From an uncultured delta proteobacterium (lineage in GTDB: Bacteria; Desulfobacterota; Desulfomonilia; UBA1062): a DNA stretch of 64,000 nucleotides. The stretch covers positions 384,001 to 448,000 of the forward strand of contig CAWAUM010000005.1 in assembly GCA_963785235.1 (NCBI GenBank). The letters are read 5' to 3'. Shown here in pieces: positions 49,076-58,205 of this stretch. Position numbers and translations under genes: made by a program. Under the pieces are notes generated by a model. That model searched no databases and was not told the DNA's origin. It was given only the letters and a program-made list of their open reading frames with translations. Every line of letters begins with the position of its first letter. The stretch's first letter is position 1.

Positions 49076-49474
49076 TCAAAACGCCCCCAGCTGACACGGT
49101 GTAACCTTGATGCCCAATGCATCCGCAACATTTCCTGCCTCTGCACGGATTATGCCCTTTGAATCTGCAATCTTCCAGAGCATGGCACAGGAGATCCTGC
49201 CATCAGTAACTTCTGCCTTGATAAGATCAACTACTTCCTGGTCTACCTCAATCTTCCGGCCCGTGATTTTGTACTCGGACTTCCCCTTCCTGCCATAACC
49301 GAACAGGCCTAGTTGGCACTGATAAAACTTAGCGCCGGTTTGGGTTGCCACTCTGCCCACCTCAATGGGTTCAAGGCTGAGATAGGCGGCGATGTAGTGT
49401 GCTACGGCACAAGGGAGCCTGCCCTTTTCAGGATAAATTGCAATCATTTCACTTATCTTTTCAGATGGCATCAT
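49076..49474 (-). CDS. Conserved hypothetical protein with two tandem C..CQLGxF modules
   Basis: GRLPCAVA..CQLGLF and GRISCAML..CQLGAF internal repeat. Confidence 0.8.
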   Translation of the reverse strand: MMPSEKISEMIAIYPEKGRLPCAVAHYIAAYLSLEPIEVGRVATQTGAKFYQCQLGLFGYGRKGKSEYKITGRKIEVDQEVVDLIKAEVTDGRISCAMLWKIADSKGIIRAEAGNVADALGIKVTPCQLGAF

Positions 49475-50910
49475 GTAACCTCCTTAATCTGTTGGAATAT
49501 GTATTCAAAGCACCCATAGCCTTTGCGGCCTTTTCAGGGGAGTCAAAGGTTGGGATGCCATTTTTATGCAGGGTATTGATGCAGTTGTCTTCATTGCCGA
49601 AAAAGGAGGAGATAAGAAGGGGCTTGCCGTAACGTTCCGGCATGGATACAAGTTCATCCAGATCGATCTTCATTACCCCCATGAGGTCTTCCTTGGATAC
49701 GTCCACAAATCCACTGATCGCCGGATAGAGAAGCTCAAAGAACCCCGTGTCCATGATTCCATGAATTATGATACCATCAACCTCATCCGACTCGAAGAGT
49801 AACTTTGGAATATCGACGGACAATGCCTTCATATCGGTATGAAAGGTAAGGTCAACCGGGTTTCGGGCGCTTCCATGGGAAGGAAGGAGTTTGGAAATCC
49901 TTTGTTGCAGGTCAGAGGAGAACTCAGGCACTTCCAGCCCTACACGGTTACAGGTTGTTGCAATGCCTGTCCCGGGACCGCCGGAATTCGTAAGCACGGC
50001 AATGCGCCTGCCCTTGAGTCTGGGTTGGGTAGCCAGGGCCCAGCCGATCTTGTACACGTCCTCTATGCTCTCAACACTAATAATGCCCGCCTGTTTAAAT
50101 AAGGCTTCATATAAATGACCGGGCCCGGCCATGGCGCCTGTATGGCTCGACCCTGAACGCGCACCTGCCTCGGTCCCGCCCACATATTGAGCAATGATAG
50201 GTTTGACTTTGCTCACATTTTTAGCCACTTCAAGGAACCGGGATGTATCCCTTATCCCTTCGATATACAAACCAATGGCCTTTGTGGTTTCGTCTAGCCC
50301 CAGGTACTCAAGACAGTCGATGATGGTGATGTCCGCTTCATTCCCCACGCTGATGGCCTTGCTCAAGACAATGCCGTTTTTATGCAGATAGGAAACTACC
50401 TGGGCTATATAGGTGCCACTCTGAGATGCAAGGCCGAGTTTACCGTTATAATCCTGGATAGGTCCAACCGTTAGATTCATCGGCAAATGGGTATTGACGA
50501 TACCGAGACAGTTGGGGCCGAGAAATCGAATGCCGTATTGCCTTGCCTTTTCAATCAATACCTTCTCCAGTCGCCCTTCCCTCCTCACCGGTCTCCCTGA
50601 AACCCGCCGTGACAATAACTATGTATCTTGTCCCAAGCTTTCCAAAATCATCAACCATTTCAAGAATGAGGCGTGTAGGGACGACAAGCACGGCAACATC
50701 CGGGGCATAGGGGAGATGGGATATCCGTTGGTAAGCCTTTTTGCCGAGCACAATTTTCTCTTTGGGATGGATGGGTAGTATCTCTCCGGGAAAGCCATTT
50801 GTGATGAGGTTCAGACACTGGATAGTGCCCATAGTGGTGAAGGTGTTGCTTGCGCCGGCGATTGCGATGCTGGTAGGGTTCATGAGTTTCTCAATGGGAT
50901 TGCCTGCCAT
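49461..50910 (-). CDS. ADP-forming acyl-CoA synthetase alpha subunit (frameshifted)
   Basis: CoA-binding N-terminus (SIAIAGAS, AGFRETG) joined across a 1-nt shift at ~50575 to LGPNCLG, SQSG, SVGNEAD, SHTGAMAG, NPVD. Confidence 0.88.
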
Positions 50911-51031
50911 TCATCCTCCAAATTCAACTATGATGAGAGTTTCCATGCATGTCTATGCCGAAATTCCTAAATAAAAAACTGATACCATAAATTCGCAGAC
51001 AAAAGTATCACCCAATGTTGTAACACCCCTT

Positions 51032-51820
51032 ATGGAAAAGCGATTCCGACCGATGAGAAATATGTTGGAAACAATGAACTTCATGGATGAAGGGTTGGAC
51101 ATGGAACTTGGATCAAGCTTAACAATAAATTCTCCTCAAATACGCAGGTTTTTGTGTGTGTTTCTCCTTTCTGTCATCGGCTTTTTTTCCATCATGGGTA
51201 TCTTCAGCTATATGGACCCGTATCCCTTGAAAGACTGGATTCATCTAAGAATTTTGCTCCAGAAGGTCGGTCTATCAGGTGCAGTGCTTTTCATATTCTG
51301 TGTGGCAATAATGCCCTTGGCCGCACCTCTAAGTCTGCTTATTATGGCAGGTTCTTCGGTATATGGGGCTCCGCTGGGTATGGTGCTCTCGTATGTAGGA
51401 TGCCTGATCAATGCAAATCTTGTATTTTTTCTGGTGAAGACCCTTGGCGTGGAGACAGCCTGGGGAAATGGAAAAAAGACATCCAGGGTTAAGAGTGCTA
51501 TCCAGGCCAACGGCTATCCCCTTGTGTTAATACTTCAGGTCCTTACTATCCTCCCCTTTACTGTGATAAATTTTGCTGCTGCAGCATCGGGTGTTTGCTG
51601 GCGGGATTTCATGAAGGCGACAATCCTCGGGATAGTACCTGGTATAGCCATTTTTTCACTGCTGGGTCACATGGTCCTTACCCAGTTTCTTTCCCCCAGG
51701 TTCTACCTCTCATTCCTTTGTGCAGCAGTTTTCATGATTATGCTGGTGGCCCTCATTAAGAAGAACACCCATCTCAGAGAGAAAACCATCGCGCAAATAG
51801 TCGAAGAAGAGCTTGTTTGA
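51032..51820 (+). CDS. DedA/TVP38 (VTT domain) membrane protein
   Basis: Multi-TM; PF..INF.A..SGV..RDF..AT.LG..PG motif. Confidence 0.85.
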   Translation: MEKRFRPMRNMLETMNFMDEGLDMELGSSLTINSPQIRRFLCVFLLSVIGFFSIMGIFSYMDPYPLKDWIHLRILLQKVGLSGAVLFIFCVAIMPLAAPLSLLIMAGSSVYGAPLGMVLSYVGCLINANLVFFLVKTLGVETAWGNGKKTSRVKSAIQANGYPLVLILQVLTILPFTVINFAAAASGVCWRDFMKATILGIVPGIAIFSLLGHMVLTQFLSPRFYLSFLCAAVFMIMLVALIKKNTHLREKTIAQIVEEELV

Positions 51821-52417
51821 AAAGTGAGGAAGGTAGTCTACTAACCCTTTGAGTGGATATTGAAGACCTTCGCCGAATACCCTTTTTGATAATTCCTTGT
51901 CTATCCGCAATGGTATAACACCTTGAACCAGTAAATAGTCGCCTTTTTTTGCAAGGGCAAGGCCCATGATTTTATTGTTTCCAATTACCAGTTCAGTGGG
52001 TGTCGGCCGCGCAAAACAAATTGAAGAGAAGGCGTAATTACCACCTTTTCTTTCTGCCTCTATCCCACACCCTTGAAGGGCTCCTTTAAATACGTTTGAA
52101 ATAACTTCCGAACAAGCGGGGATGCTCCCGGCTAGTACTCCGGTTGCCTTTGAACATATGCTGAAGGTGATGTCGTCGTAATGAAGCACAACTCCCCCGC
52201 CAGTAGGCCTTTGTAGTACTGGTATATCAAGACTTGCATCATGTATACTGAAGTGTTTCTGGTGAAAACCGCAAGTCAGTGCTGGCTCAGCCCAGTTGTA
52301 AATGCGTAAAGCCCCTTTGATTTTTCCTTGCCTGAGTGCCTCGAAAAGATCGAGGTCTCTTTCCATGGTATGCTTGGCTTGGCATCTCCCATCATGCAGG
52401 AGCTGCCATGTGTTCAT
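51710..52417 (-). CDS. Biotin/lipoate A/B protein ligase family (LplA/LipM-like)
   Basis: MERD..L, LRIYNW..P.LT.G..Q, RPTGGGVVLH, CF, KIMG. Confidence 0.85.
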   Translation of the reverse strand: MNTWQLLHDGRCQAKHTMERDLDLFEALRQGKIKGALRIYNWAEPALTCGFHQKHFSIHDASLDIPVLQRPTGGGVVLHYDDITFSICSKATGVLAGSIPACSEVISNVFKGALQGCGIEAERKGGNYAFSSICFARPTPTELVIGNNKIMGLALAKKGDYLLVQGVIPLRIDKELSKRVFGEGLQYPLKGLVDYLPHFSNKLFFDYLRDGFLSEMGVLLNEGHQHNHENCCTKE

Positions 52418-52827
52418 AGCTCTTCAATAATGAAGAGCTGGTCTCCATACCCTACTCTATCACCATCACGTTTGAGTATGGCCGCAACAGTCCCGTCTAC
52501 ATGTGACTCTATCTCATTCATGAGCTTCATGGCTTCGATAACACACAGGACCTGGTTTTTGGCCACCCGGTCCCCTACCTGTATATATGGAGATGTCTCC
52601 GGGGATGGAGACCTGTAGAACGTTCCCACCAGTGGTGATGTCACGGTGACGGTGTGTTTTTCCTTCATACCTATACTGGACCGGTCATTGTCCTGATGCC
52701 GTGAAGGGGTTGCTTCATACTGGGTGGATCTACGGATAATATGTATTCGTTCAGGTGTCCAATCCAACTCTACTACGTCGGTATCCTTTATGAGTTCAAT
52801 AAGATCCTTCACGTTCTTAATGTTCAT
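52414..52827 (-). CDS. accB: Biotin carboxyl carrier protein
   Basis: SPLVGTFYRSPSP, EAMKLMNEI biotinylation motif. Confidence 0.93.
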   Translation of the reverse strand: MNIKNVKDLIELIKDTDVVELDWTPERIHIIRRSTQYEATPSRHQDNDRSSIGMKEKHTVTVTSPLVGTFYRSPSPETSPYIQVGDRVAKNQVLCVIEAMKLMNEIESHVDGTVAAILKRDGDRVGYGDQLFIIEEL

Positions 52828-53391
52828 TCAACTTACTCGCTCAATATAGTTCCCTGTCCTGGTGTCTACTTTGACCACTTCACCAGTGCCGACAAACAAG
52901 GGAACTTGAATGGTAGCACCAGTCTCCAGTTTGGCAGGCTTCGATCCACCGGAGGCAGTATTGCCTTTCAGACCCGGGTCGGTTTCCACAATCTTAAGAT
53001 TGAGAAACATGGGAAGCTCAACGCCGATGGCCTTGCCGTTGTGCAGGAGTACCTCCACCTCGACATTCTCTTTGATATAACCGAGCGCCTCCTCCATCTG
53101 AGTCTTTGTGAGTGTCATCTGTTCGTAGGTCTGGGTGTCCATGAAGCAGTATCCCGTCTCATCCTGGTATAGAAAAGACATCTTTTTTTCTTCAAGGTCA
53201 GGAACATCCACCTTATCACCGGAGCGAAAAGTCTTGTCCAGGACGTTACCTGATATAAGGCTTTTCATCTTGGTCCTTACAAAGGCCCCACCCTTGCCGG
53301 GTTTCACGTGCTGAAAATCTACTATGGTAAAGGGTTCACCATCGATCTCAATCTTCAAATTTTTCCTGAACTGTGCTGTTGAATACTGCAT
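52828..53391 (-). CDS. efp: Elongation factor P
   Basis: HVKPGKGGAFVR, KPAKLETG, VDTRTG. Confidence 0.98.
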   Translation of the reverse strand: MQYSTAQFRKNLKIEIDGEPFTIVDFQHVKPGKGGAFVRTKMKSLISGNVLDKTFRSGDKVDVPDLEEKKMSFLYQDETGYCFMDTQTYEQMTLTKTQMEEALGYIKENVEVEVLLHNGKAIGVELPMFLNLKIVETDPGLKGNTASGGSKPAKLETGATIQVPLFVGTGEVVKVDTRTGNYIERVS

Positions 53392-53403
53392 GTATCTTCA
53401 CCT

Positions 53404-54465
53404 CTAGATGATGTTTCTTATGGTTTCCTTATCAAGATTTGTTAGAAGCTTGCAAGAATTATCTGTTATGAGTGCCATGTCTTCGAGTCTAATGCCGAAC
53501 CGGCCAGGCAAATATACACCGGGTTCAATTGTGATGACCATGCCCTCCTCCAGTGTATCTTCAGACAGTGACGATACAGACGGGGCCTCATGGACCTCCA
53601 TGCCTACCCCGTGACCTAGCCCGTGACCGAAAAAGTCCCCCAGTCCGTGTGTATTAAGGTAATCACGAGCTATCCGGTCAATGTCAGAAGCCTTCACACC
53701 AGAGGTTAATGCCTTGATGGAAAGCGCCTGCGCCTCTTTGACCCTTCTGTATGATTCTTTAAAATCCCCTTCAATATGTCCTGTAGTAACCGTGATTGTC
53801 TGGTCCGAGCAGTAGCTTTTATAGACACATCCAAAGTCGATTATCACCACTTCATTCTTGTCGATTACCTTGTCTGAAGCAGCACCGTGTGGCATAGCAG
53901 AACGTGGACCGGAAGCGATGAGGAGCTCGAAAGAGGAAGCGCTCGCACCACGTGTCCTCATCTCCCATTCAAGGTCTAAGGCAACGTCTTGTTCCCTACG
54001 TCCGATTATCCCTTTGGCAAGTACGGATTGCAAGGCCTTTTCCGAAATACGTGCAGCCTCCGTTATTAGATCAAGCTCTTGGGCATCCTTAATGGTGCGC
54101 AGTGTCTTGAGCTGACCTCCCAGAGGTGTCATTTCAATGCCCTTGTAGAGATCCTTCATCTTGATAAAGCTGTCGACATCCAATAAGTTCGACTCGATCC
54201 CCAAGGTCTTCACACCCTCTTCGAGCAGTATTGTATAGATGCCTTCCCAACGTCTGGTTATCTCAACGACTTGCGCCTGGGTCTCCTGCCTGGCCTGGAG
54301 GGTGTTTCTGGAATCCACGAATAGGAAGTCCTTGAATTCAGTAAAAACATAAACTGCATCCGAGCCGGAATAACCGCTCAAGTAGGTTATGCTGGGTCTG
54401 GACAGCAACAGGATGGCATCCAGCCCCTTGAGAAAGTGGCGGGCCCTACTGAGCCTTTTTTCCAT
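53404..54465 (-). CDS. pepQ: Xaa-Pro peptidase (M24)
   Basis: PHG, DFG..YCSD.T, HGLGHGVG.EVHE.P, TIEPGVY, GIRLED. Confidence 0.9.
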   Translation of the reverse strand: MEKRLSRARHFLKGLDAILLLSRPSITYLSGYSGSDAVYVFTEFKDFLFVDSRNTLQARQETQAQVVEITRRWEGIYTILLEEGVKTLGIESNLLDVDSFIKMKDLYKGIEMTPLGGQLKTLRTIKDAQELDLITEAARISEKALQSVLAKGIIGRREQDVALDLEWEMRTRGASASSFELLIASGPRSAMPHGAASDKVIDKNEVVIIDFGCVYKSYCSDQTITVTTGHIEGDFKESYRRVKEAQALSIKALTSGVKASDIDRIARDYLNTHGLGDFFGHGLGHGVGMEVHEAPSVSSLSEDTLEEGMVITIEPGVYLPGRFGIRLEDMALITDNSCKLLTNLDKETIRNII

Positions 54466-54892
54466 AAAGTCCCCATATAGCCTCAACAGCAAGCTCATAA
54501 CCTAGAGGACCGAACCCCGATATACTGCCCGCTGCGATATCGGAAAAATAATTGATCTGGCGGAACTGCTCCCTTTCAGCAACCCTGCTCAAATGCACCT
54601 CAATGAAAGGGAGGCTTACAGCAAGCAGGGCATCCCGTAAGGCCACCGAGGTATGGGTGTATCCTCCCGGATTTAGAATGAACGCATGTATGCCCGACGC
54701 CGGGGCCTTCTGTACTTTATCGATAAGATCACCTTCATGGTTCGATTGGAAAAAATCTACTTCGATCCCTATGGTGAAGGCCTTACGCCTGATGATACCT
54801 TCAAGGTCATCAAGCGTTGTGGTGCCGTATATGGATGTTTCCCTATGGCCAAGCATATTCAGATTTGGTCCGTTGATTACCAGGATCTTCAT
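54446..54892 (-). CDS. aroQ: Type II 3-dehydroquinate dehydratase
   Basis: NGPNLNMLG.RE..IYG, QSNHEG, NPGGYTHTSVALRDA, EVHLS. Confidence 0.97.
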   Translation of the reverse strand: MKILVINGPNLNMLGHRETSIYGTTTLDDLEGIIRRKAFTIGIEVDFFQSNHEGDLIDKVQKAPASGIHAFILNPGGYTHTSVALRDALLAVSLPFIEVHLSRVAEREQFRQINYFSDIAAGSISGFGPLGYELAVEAIWGLYGKKAQ

Positions 54893-55419
54893 TTTTTCAA
54901 CCTCTCAAGCCAGCCATGCAGGGTTTTCATAATATAGAGGTTCTGCGTATTACCGGCATCCTGCAGGGCTGTATCATCAAGCCCGGTAATGCTACCGACC
55001 TGAGCATAGATATCGAGTGCCTGCTCATAATGTCCCTGTTGAGCGTATATTTTAGCAAGCTCAAGGGAAGGCTCCTTCATAAGCATCTCTGGGACCTCTT
55101 GCTGCTCTAGCATATCCCTTGCCTCATCATCTTCAGGATGAAATGCAAGATACTTCTGGAGGTATGCCTTGGCCTGCAGAACATCTTCTTTCTGATTGTA
55201 GATGAGGGCTAGATAATAAAACGACTTCATTAAACCTTCGGCTTGGCCTGCAACCTTGCCCAAGATGTCCAGCGCCTCGCCTTCCCTGCCAAGCTTGAAT
55301 AGCGAAATCCCCAGCAGTAGCCTGTCTTCAGGATTTCTACGGTATTTGGCTGCCCGGACAACGTCCAGTAGCCTGCCCTCTTCAAAGGCTATCTTCACAT
55401 TCTCTGATAAACCGGCCAT
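54889..55419 (-). CDS. Tetratricopeptide repeat protein
   Basis: TPR-like helices (YYLALIY.., LAKIYAQQGHYEQALDIY), WL C-terminus; between aroB and aroQ. Confidence 0.75.
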   Translation of the reverse strand: MAGLSENVKIAFEEGRLLDVVRAAKYRRNPEDRLLLGISLFKLGREGEALDILGKVAGQAEGLMKSFYYLALIYNQKEDVLQAKAYLQKYLAFHPEDDEARDMLEQQEVPEMLMKEPSLELAKIYAQQGHYEQALDIYAQVGSITGLDDTALQDAGNTQNLYIMKTLHGWLERLKK

Positions 55420-56941
55420 AAGCACCTAATATTTGAGAACCAGTGAGCTTTTTAATGGTAGCATCGCCGATGGATGGAGTCAATACAAAGTGAATTCCAT
55501 CCTGCTCTCCTTTTTTGTCCATAGCAATGGCACTACATATCTCATCTGATTGAGGATATTGAAGTTCTTGAAGGGAATAGGTCCATTTTTTAATCAGTCG
55601 GAATATCCTTTCCATCTCCTTTACCTCGATGAGGCCGAGCTCATGTGATAACCAGGAAGCAAAAAACATCCCCCCAGCCACGGCCCTGCCATGGCTTGTT
55701 TTATAATTCCGGGAAAGCTCCATGGCATGCCCTAAGGTATGGCCGAAGTTGAGTATCCTCCGCAGGCCGCCTTCCCTTTCATCCCGGCTAACAACAAATG
55801 CCTTATCGCGAGCACATCGGGCCACGATCTTCTCATAATCAGGGGTATTCACGGATTCAAGCTCATCAAAGAGATCCTTATCCATGATGATGCCATATTT
55901 AATAACCTCGGCCATGGCATCCTTAATATGAGCAGGGTCCAACGTTGAAAGAAATTCTATATCACTGAGCACGAAAAGAGGCTGATGAAAGGTCCCCACA
56001 AGGTTCTTGCCATGCTTGACATCAATGGCAGTCTTGCCGCCGATACTTGAATCCACCTGGGCCAGCAGTGTGGTGGGGATCTGTACCACCGGGATGCCAC
56101 GCATGAAAATACTCGACGCAAAGGCCGCCAGGTCTCCAGTAACGCCGCCTCCCATGGCAAGACAGAGCCATTGCCTGTTTGCCTGGACTGAGAACATCTC
56201 GTCCAATATCCTTATCAGGGAGGAAAATGACTTTGATGATTCGCCGGAAGGTATTGTTATAATGTGGTGTTTCAATCCTGCAATCGAAGAACGGATAAGC
56301 TCGCCATAGTACATGAGGACTTGTTCATCTGCGAGCACCAGAATGCCTTCGGGATGGATGTGACGGGCAATATATTTCCTAAGGTCCTTGAAGATGCCCC
56401 TGCCGATATAAATGGGGTAAGGGTTGACCTGGGTAAGGACTGACTCGGGTTCTATGGATGTGTCTATCAGACTGAAAAGTTCCTGAACAACTTCATGGGG
56501 CGACCTTCCATCCGTGTCTATGATGGTATCGGCATCTTCATAAGCGGGTGTCCTTTCAAGGAGAAGGCTTCGCGCTTTTTCGGTCCACAATGGTCTGCCA
56601 GAGTCTTTAGGGACCCTTTCTGCGAGATTTTCAAAGGTGGCACGCAGATATACAATATGGCCACAGGCCTTCATGATTGCCCTGTTCACAGGATTTACCG
56701 GGAGCCCGCCCCCTGTTGCCACAACTGCTTTATGATCCTTGCCTACAACATCGATCAGTGCCTCGTGTTCGAAGATTCTAAAAACAGCCTCACCTGCACT
56801 TGAAAAGATCTCACCTACAGTTCTGCATGCCTTTGTAGTGACATGTTCGTCGAGATCGATGAATGGACGGCTGAGAAGTTCAGCGAGTCTTCTGCCTACC
56901 GTAGTCTTCCCTGACCCCATAAAGCCGGTAAGGAAGATCAT
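55382..56941 (-). CDS. aroKB: Fused shikimate kinase / 3-dehydroquinate synthase
   Basis: GFMGSGKT, ATGGG, RPL; then GE.SK, GGGVTGD, PTTLLAQVDSSIGGKT, LNFGHTLGHA. Confidence 0.95.
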   Translation of the reverse strand: MIFLTGFMGSGKTTVGRRLAELLSRPFIDLDEHVTTKACRTVGEIFSSAGEAVFRIFEHEALIDVVGKDHKAVVATGGGLPVNPVNRAIMKACGHIVYLRATFENLAERVPKDSGRPLWTEKARSLLLERTPAYEDADTIIDTDGRSPHEVVQELFSLIDTSIEPESVLTQVNPYPIYIGRGIFKDLRKYIARHIHPEGILVLADEQVLMYYGELIRSSIAGLKHHIITIPSGESSKSFSSLIRILDEMFSVQANRQWLCLAMGGGVTGDLAAFASSIFMRGIPVVQIPTTLLAQVDSSIGGKTAIDVKHGKNLVGTFHQPLFVLSDIEFLSTLDPAHIKDAMAEVIKYGIIMDKDLFDELESVNTPDYEKIVARCARDKAFVVSRDEREGGLRRILNFGHTLGHAMELSRNYKTSHGRAVAGGMFFASWLSHELGLIEVKEMERIFRLIKKWTYSLQELQYPQSDEICSAIAMDKKGEQDGIHFVLTPSIGDATIKKLTGSQILGAYGRFIRECEDSL

Positions 56942-58071
56942 AGGCCCTCCCAGAATTTCCTGTGCCCGTCAAAAGACTTTTTAAGAGCATCCATACTGGG
57001 CTGATTATAGCTCTCGATGATGGTGCAAGACACTGCAATGATAGCCATGGCCTCTCCTACCACAGATGCTGCAGGTACAGCGCACACGTCCGAACGTTCA
57101 TAGCTTGCCTGAACCGCCTTACCGGTGCGCATGTCAAAGGTAGGCATACCCTTCTTGAGGGTGGGGATGGGCTTCATTGTGCATTTGATTACTACCGGTT
57201 CACCATTGGTTACACCACCCTCCAGGCCGCCTGCGTTATTGGATGACCTGGTCTTGGGCCTAGTAGACCGGATGGGGTCATGGATCTTTGATCCCGGCAG
57301 TTCACCGCACGCGACACCAGCGCCGATCTGGATGGCCTTGATGGCCGGGATGGACATGAGATACATGGACATCAGGGCATCCAAGCGTTGTTCCCATTGG
57401 GTGTAAGATCCGATACCGGCAGGCAGGCCTTCAACCACTACCATGAATTCACCGCCAATGGTGTCGCCTTGTGAAGCTATCTGGTCGATGACATGCTCCA
57501 TTTCCTGTGTAGATTCCTCGTCCGGGCAGAAAACGCTTGATCTATCCCTCTTCAGCTGATCGAAGGGGCCTTCATAGGTCGATGTTCCGATCCTGGTCAC
57601 CCATGAATAGGCATTGATATCAAGGCAGGAAAGAAAAGAACGCAAAAAACCTCCTGCGGCTACCCTTCCGGCTGTCTCACGGGCACTGGAGCGTTCGAGC
57701 ACATTCCTCAGATCCGTGTGTCTGAACCTTGCGGCACCTGCAAGATCTGCATGACCGGGCCTGGGTGTATGGAGTTCCTTTCCCGGGATTATCTCCCACG
57801 GGTCCATGTATTCCTTCCAGCTATCAAAATCCCTGTTCCAGACAGCCAGGAGCACCGGGCTCCCCAATGTGACTCCCCCTCTGACGCCTGACAACACATC
57901 CACCATGTCAAGCTCGATGGACATACGGGGACCCCTGCCATATCCCTTCTGGCGCCTTGCAAGATCGGCATTGATGGTGTCTCTATTCACCGCAAGCCCT
58001 GCCGGCAATCCGTCAAGGAAAGCAAAGACACCCCTGCCGTGGGATTCACCTGCTGTATAAAAGTGAAGCAT
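56938..58071 (-). CDS. aroC: Chorismate synthase
   Basis: TAGESHG, RRQKGYGRG, PRPGHAD, ERSSARET, GGLEGG, MKPIPT, ERSD. Confidence 0.97.
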   Translation of the reverse strand: MLHFYTAGESHGRGVFAFLDGLPAGLAVNRDTINADLARRQKGYGRGPRMSIELDMVDVLSGVRGGVTLGSPVLLAVWNRDFDSWKEYMDPWEIIPGKELHTPRPGHADLAGAARFRHTDLRNVLERSSARETAGRVAAGGFLRSFLSCLDINAYSWVTRIGTSTYEGPFDQLKRDRSSVFCPDEESTQEMEHVIDQIASQGDTIGGEFMVVVEGLPAGIGSYTQWEQRLDALMSMYLMSIPAIKAIQIGAGVACGELPGSKIHDPIRSTRPKTRSSNNAGGLEGGVTNGEPVVIKCTMKPIPTLKKGMPTFDMRTGKAVQASYERSDVCAVPAASVVGEAMAIIAVSCTIIESYNQPSMDALKKSFDGHRKFWEGL

Positions 58072-58148
58072 GAAACCTCCAAACCAATTTCAATTGGGCA
58101 TGATTATCGTGGATGAAGGCCGGGTTTGTCAACAGAGCTTAAAGAGAA

Positions 58149-58200
58149 GCGCTCAGCAATCAGCTATCAGAAAAAGCTTACTGCTGACAGCCAATAACCA
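58149..58200. repeat. Short heptameric tandem/inverted repeat element
   Basis: GCGCTCA-GCAATCA-GCTATCA-G...GCTGACA-GCCAATA; intergenic between btuB and aroC. Confidence 0.45.
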
Positions 58201-58205
58201 AGGGG

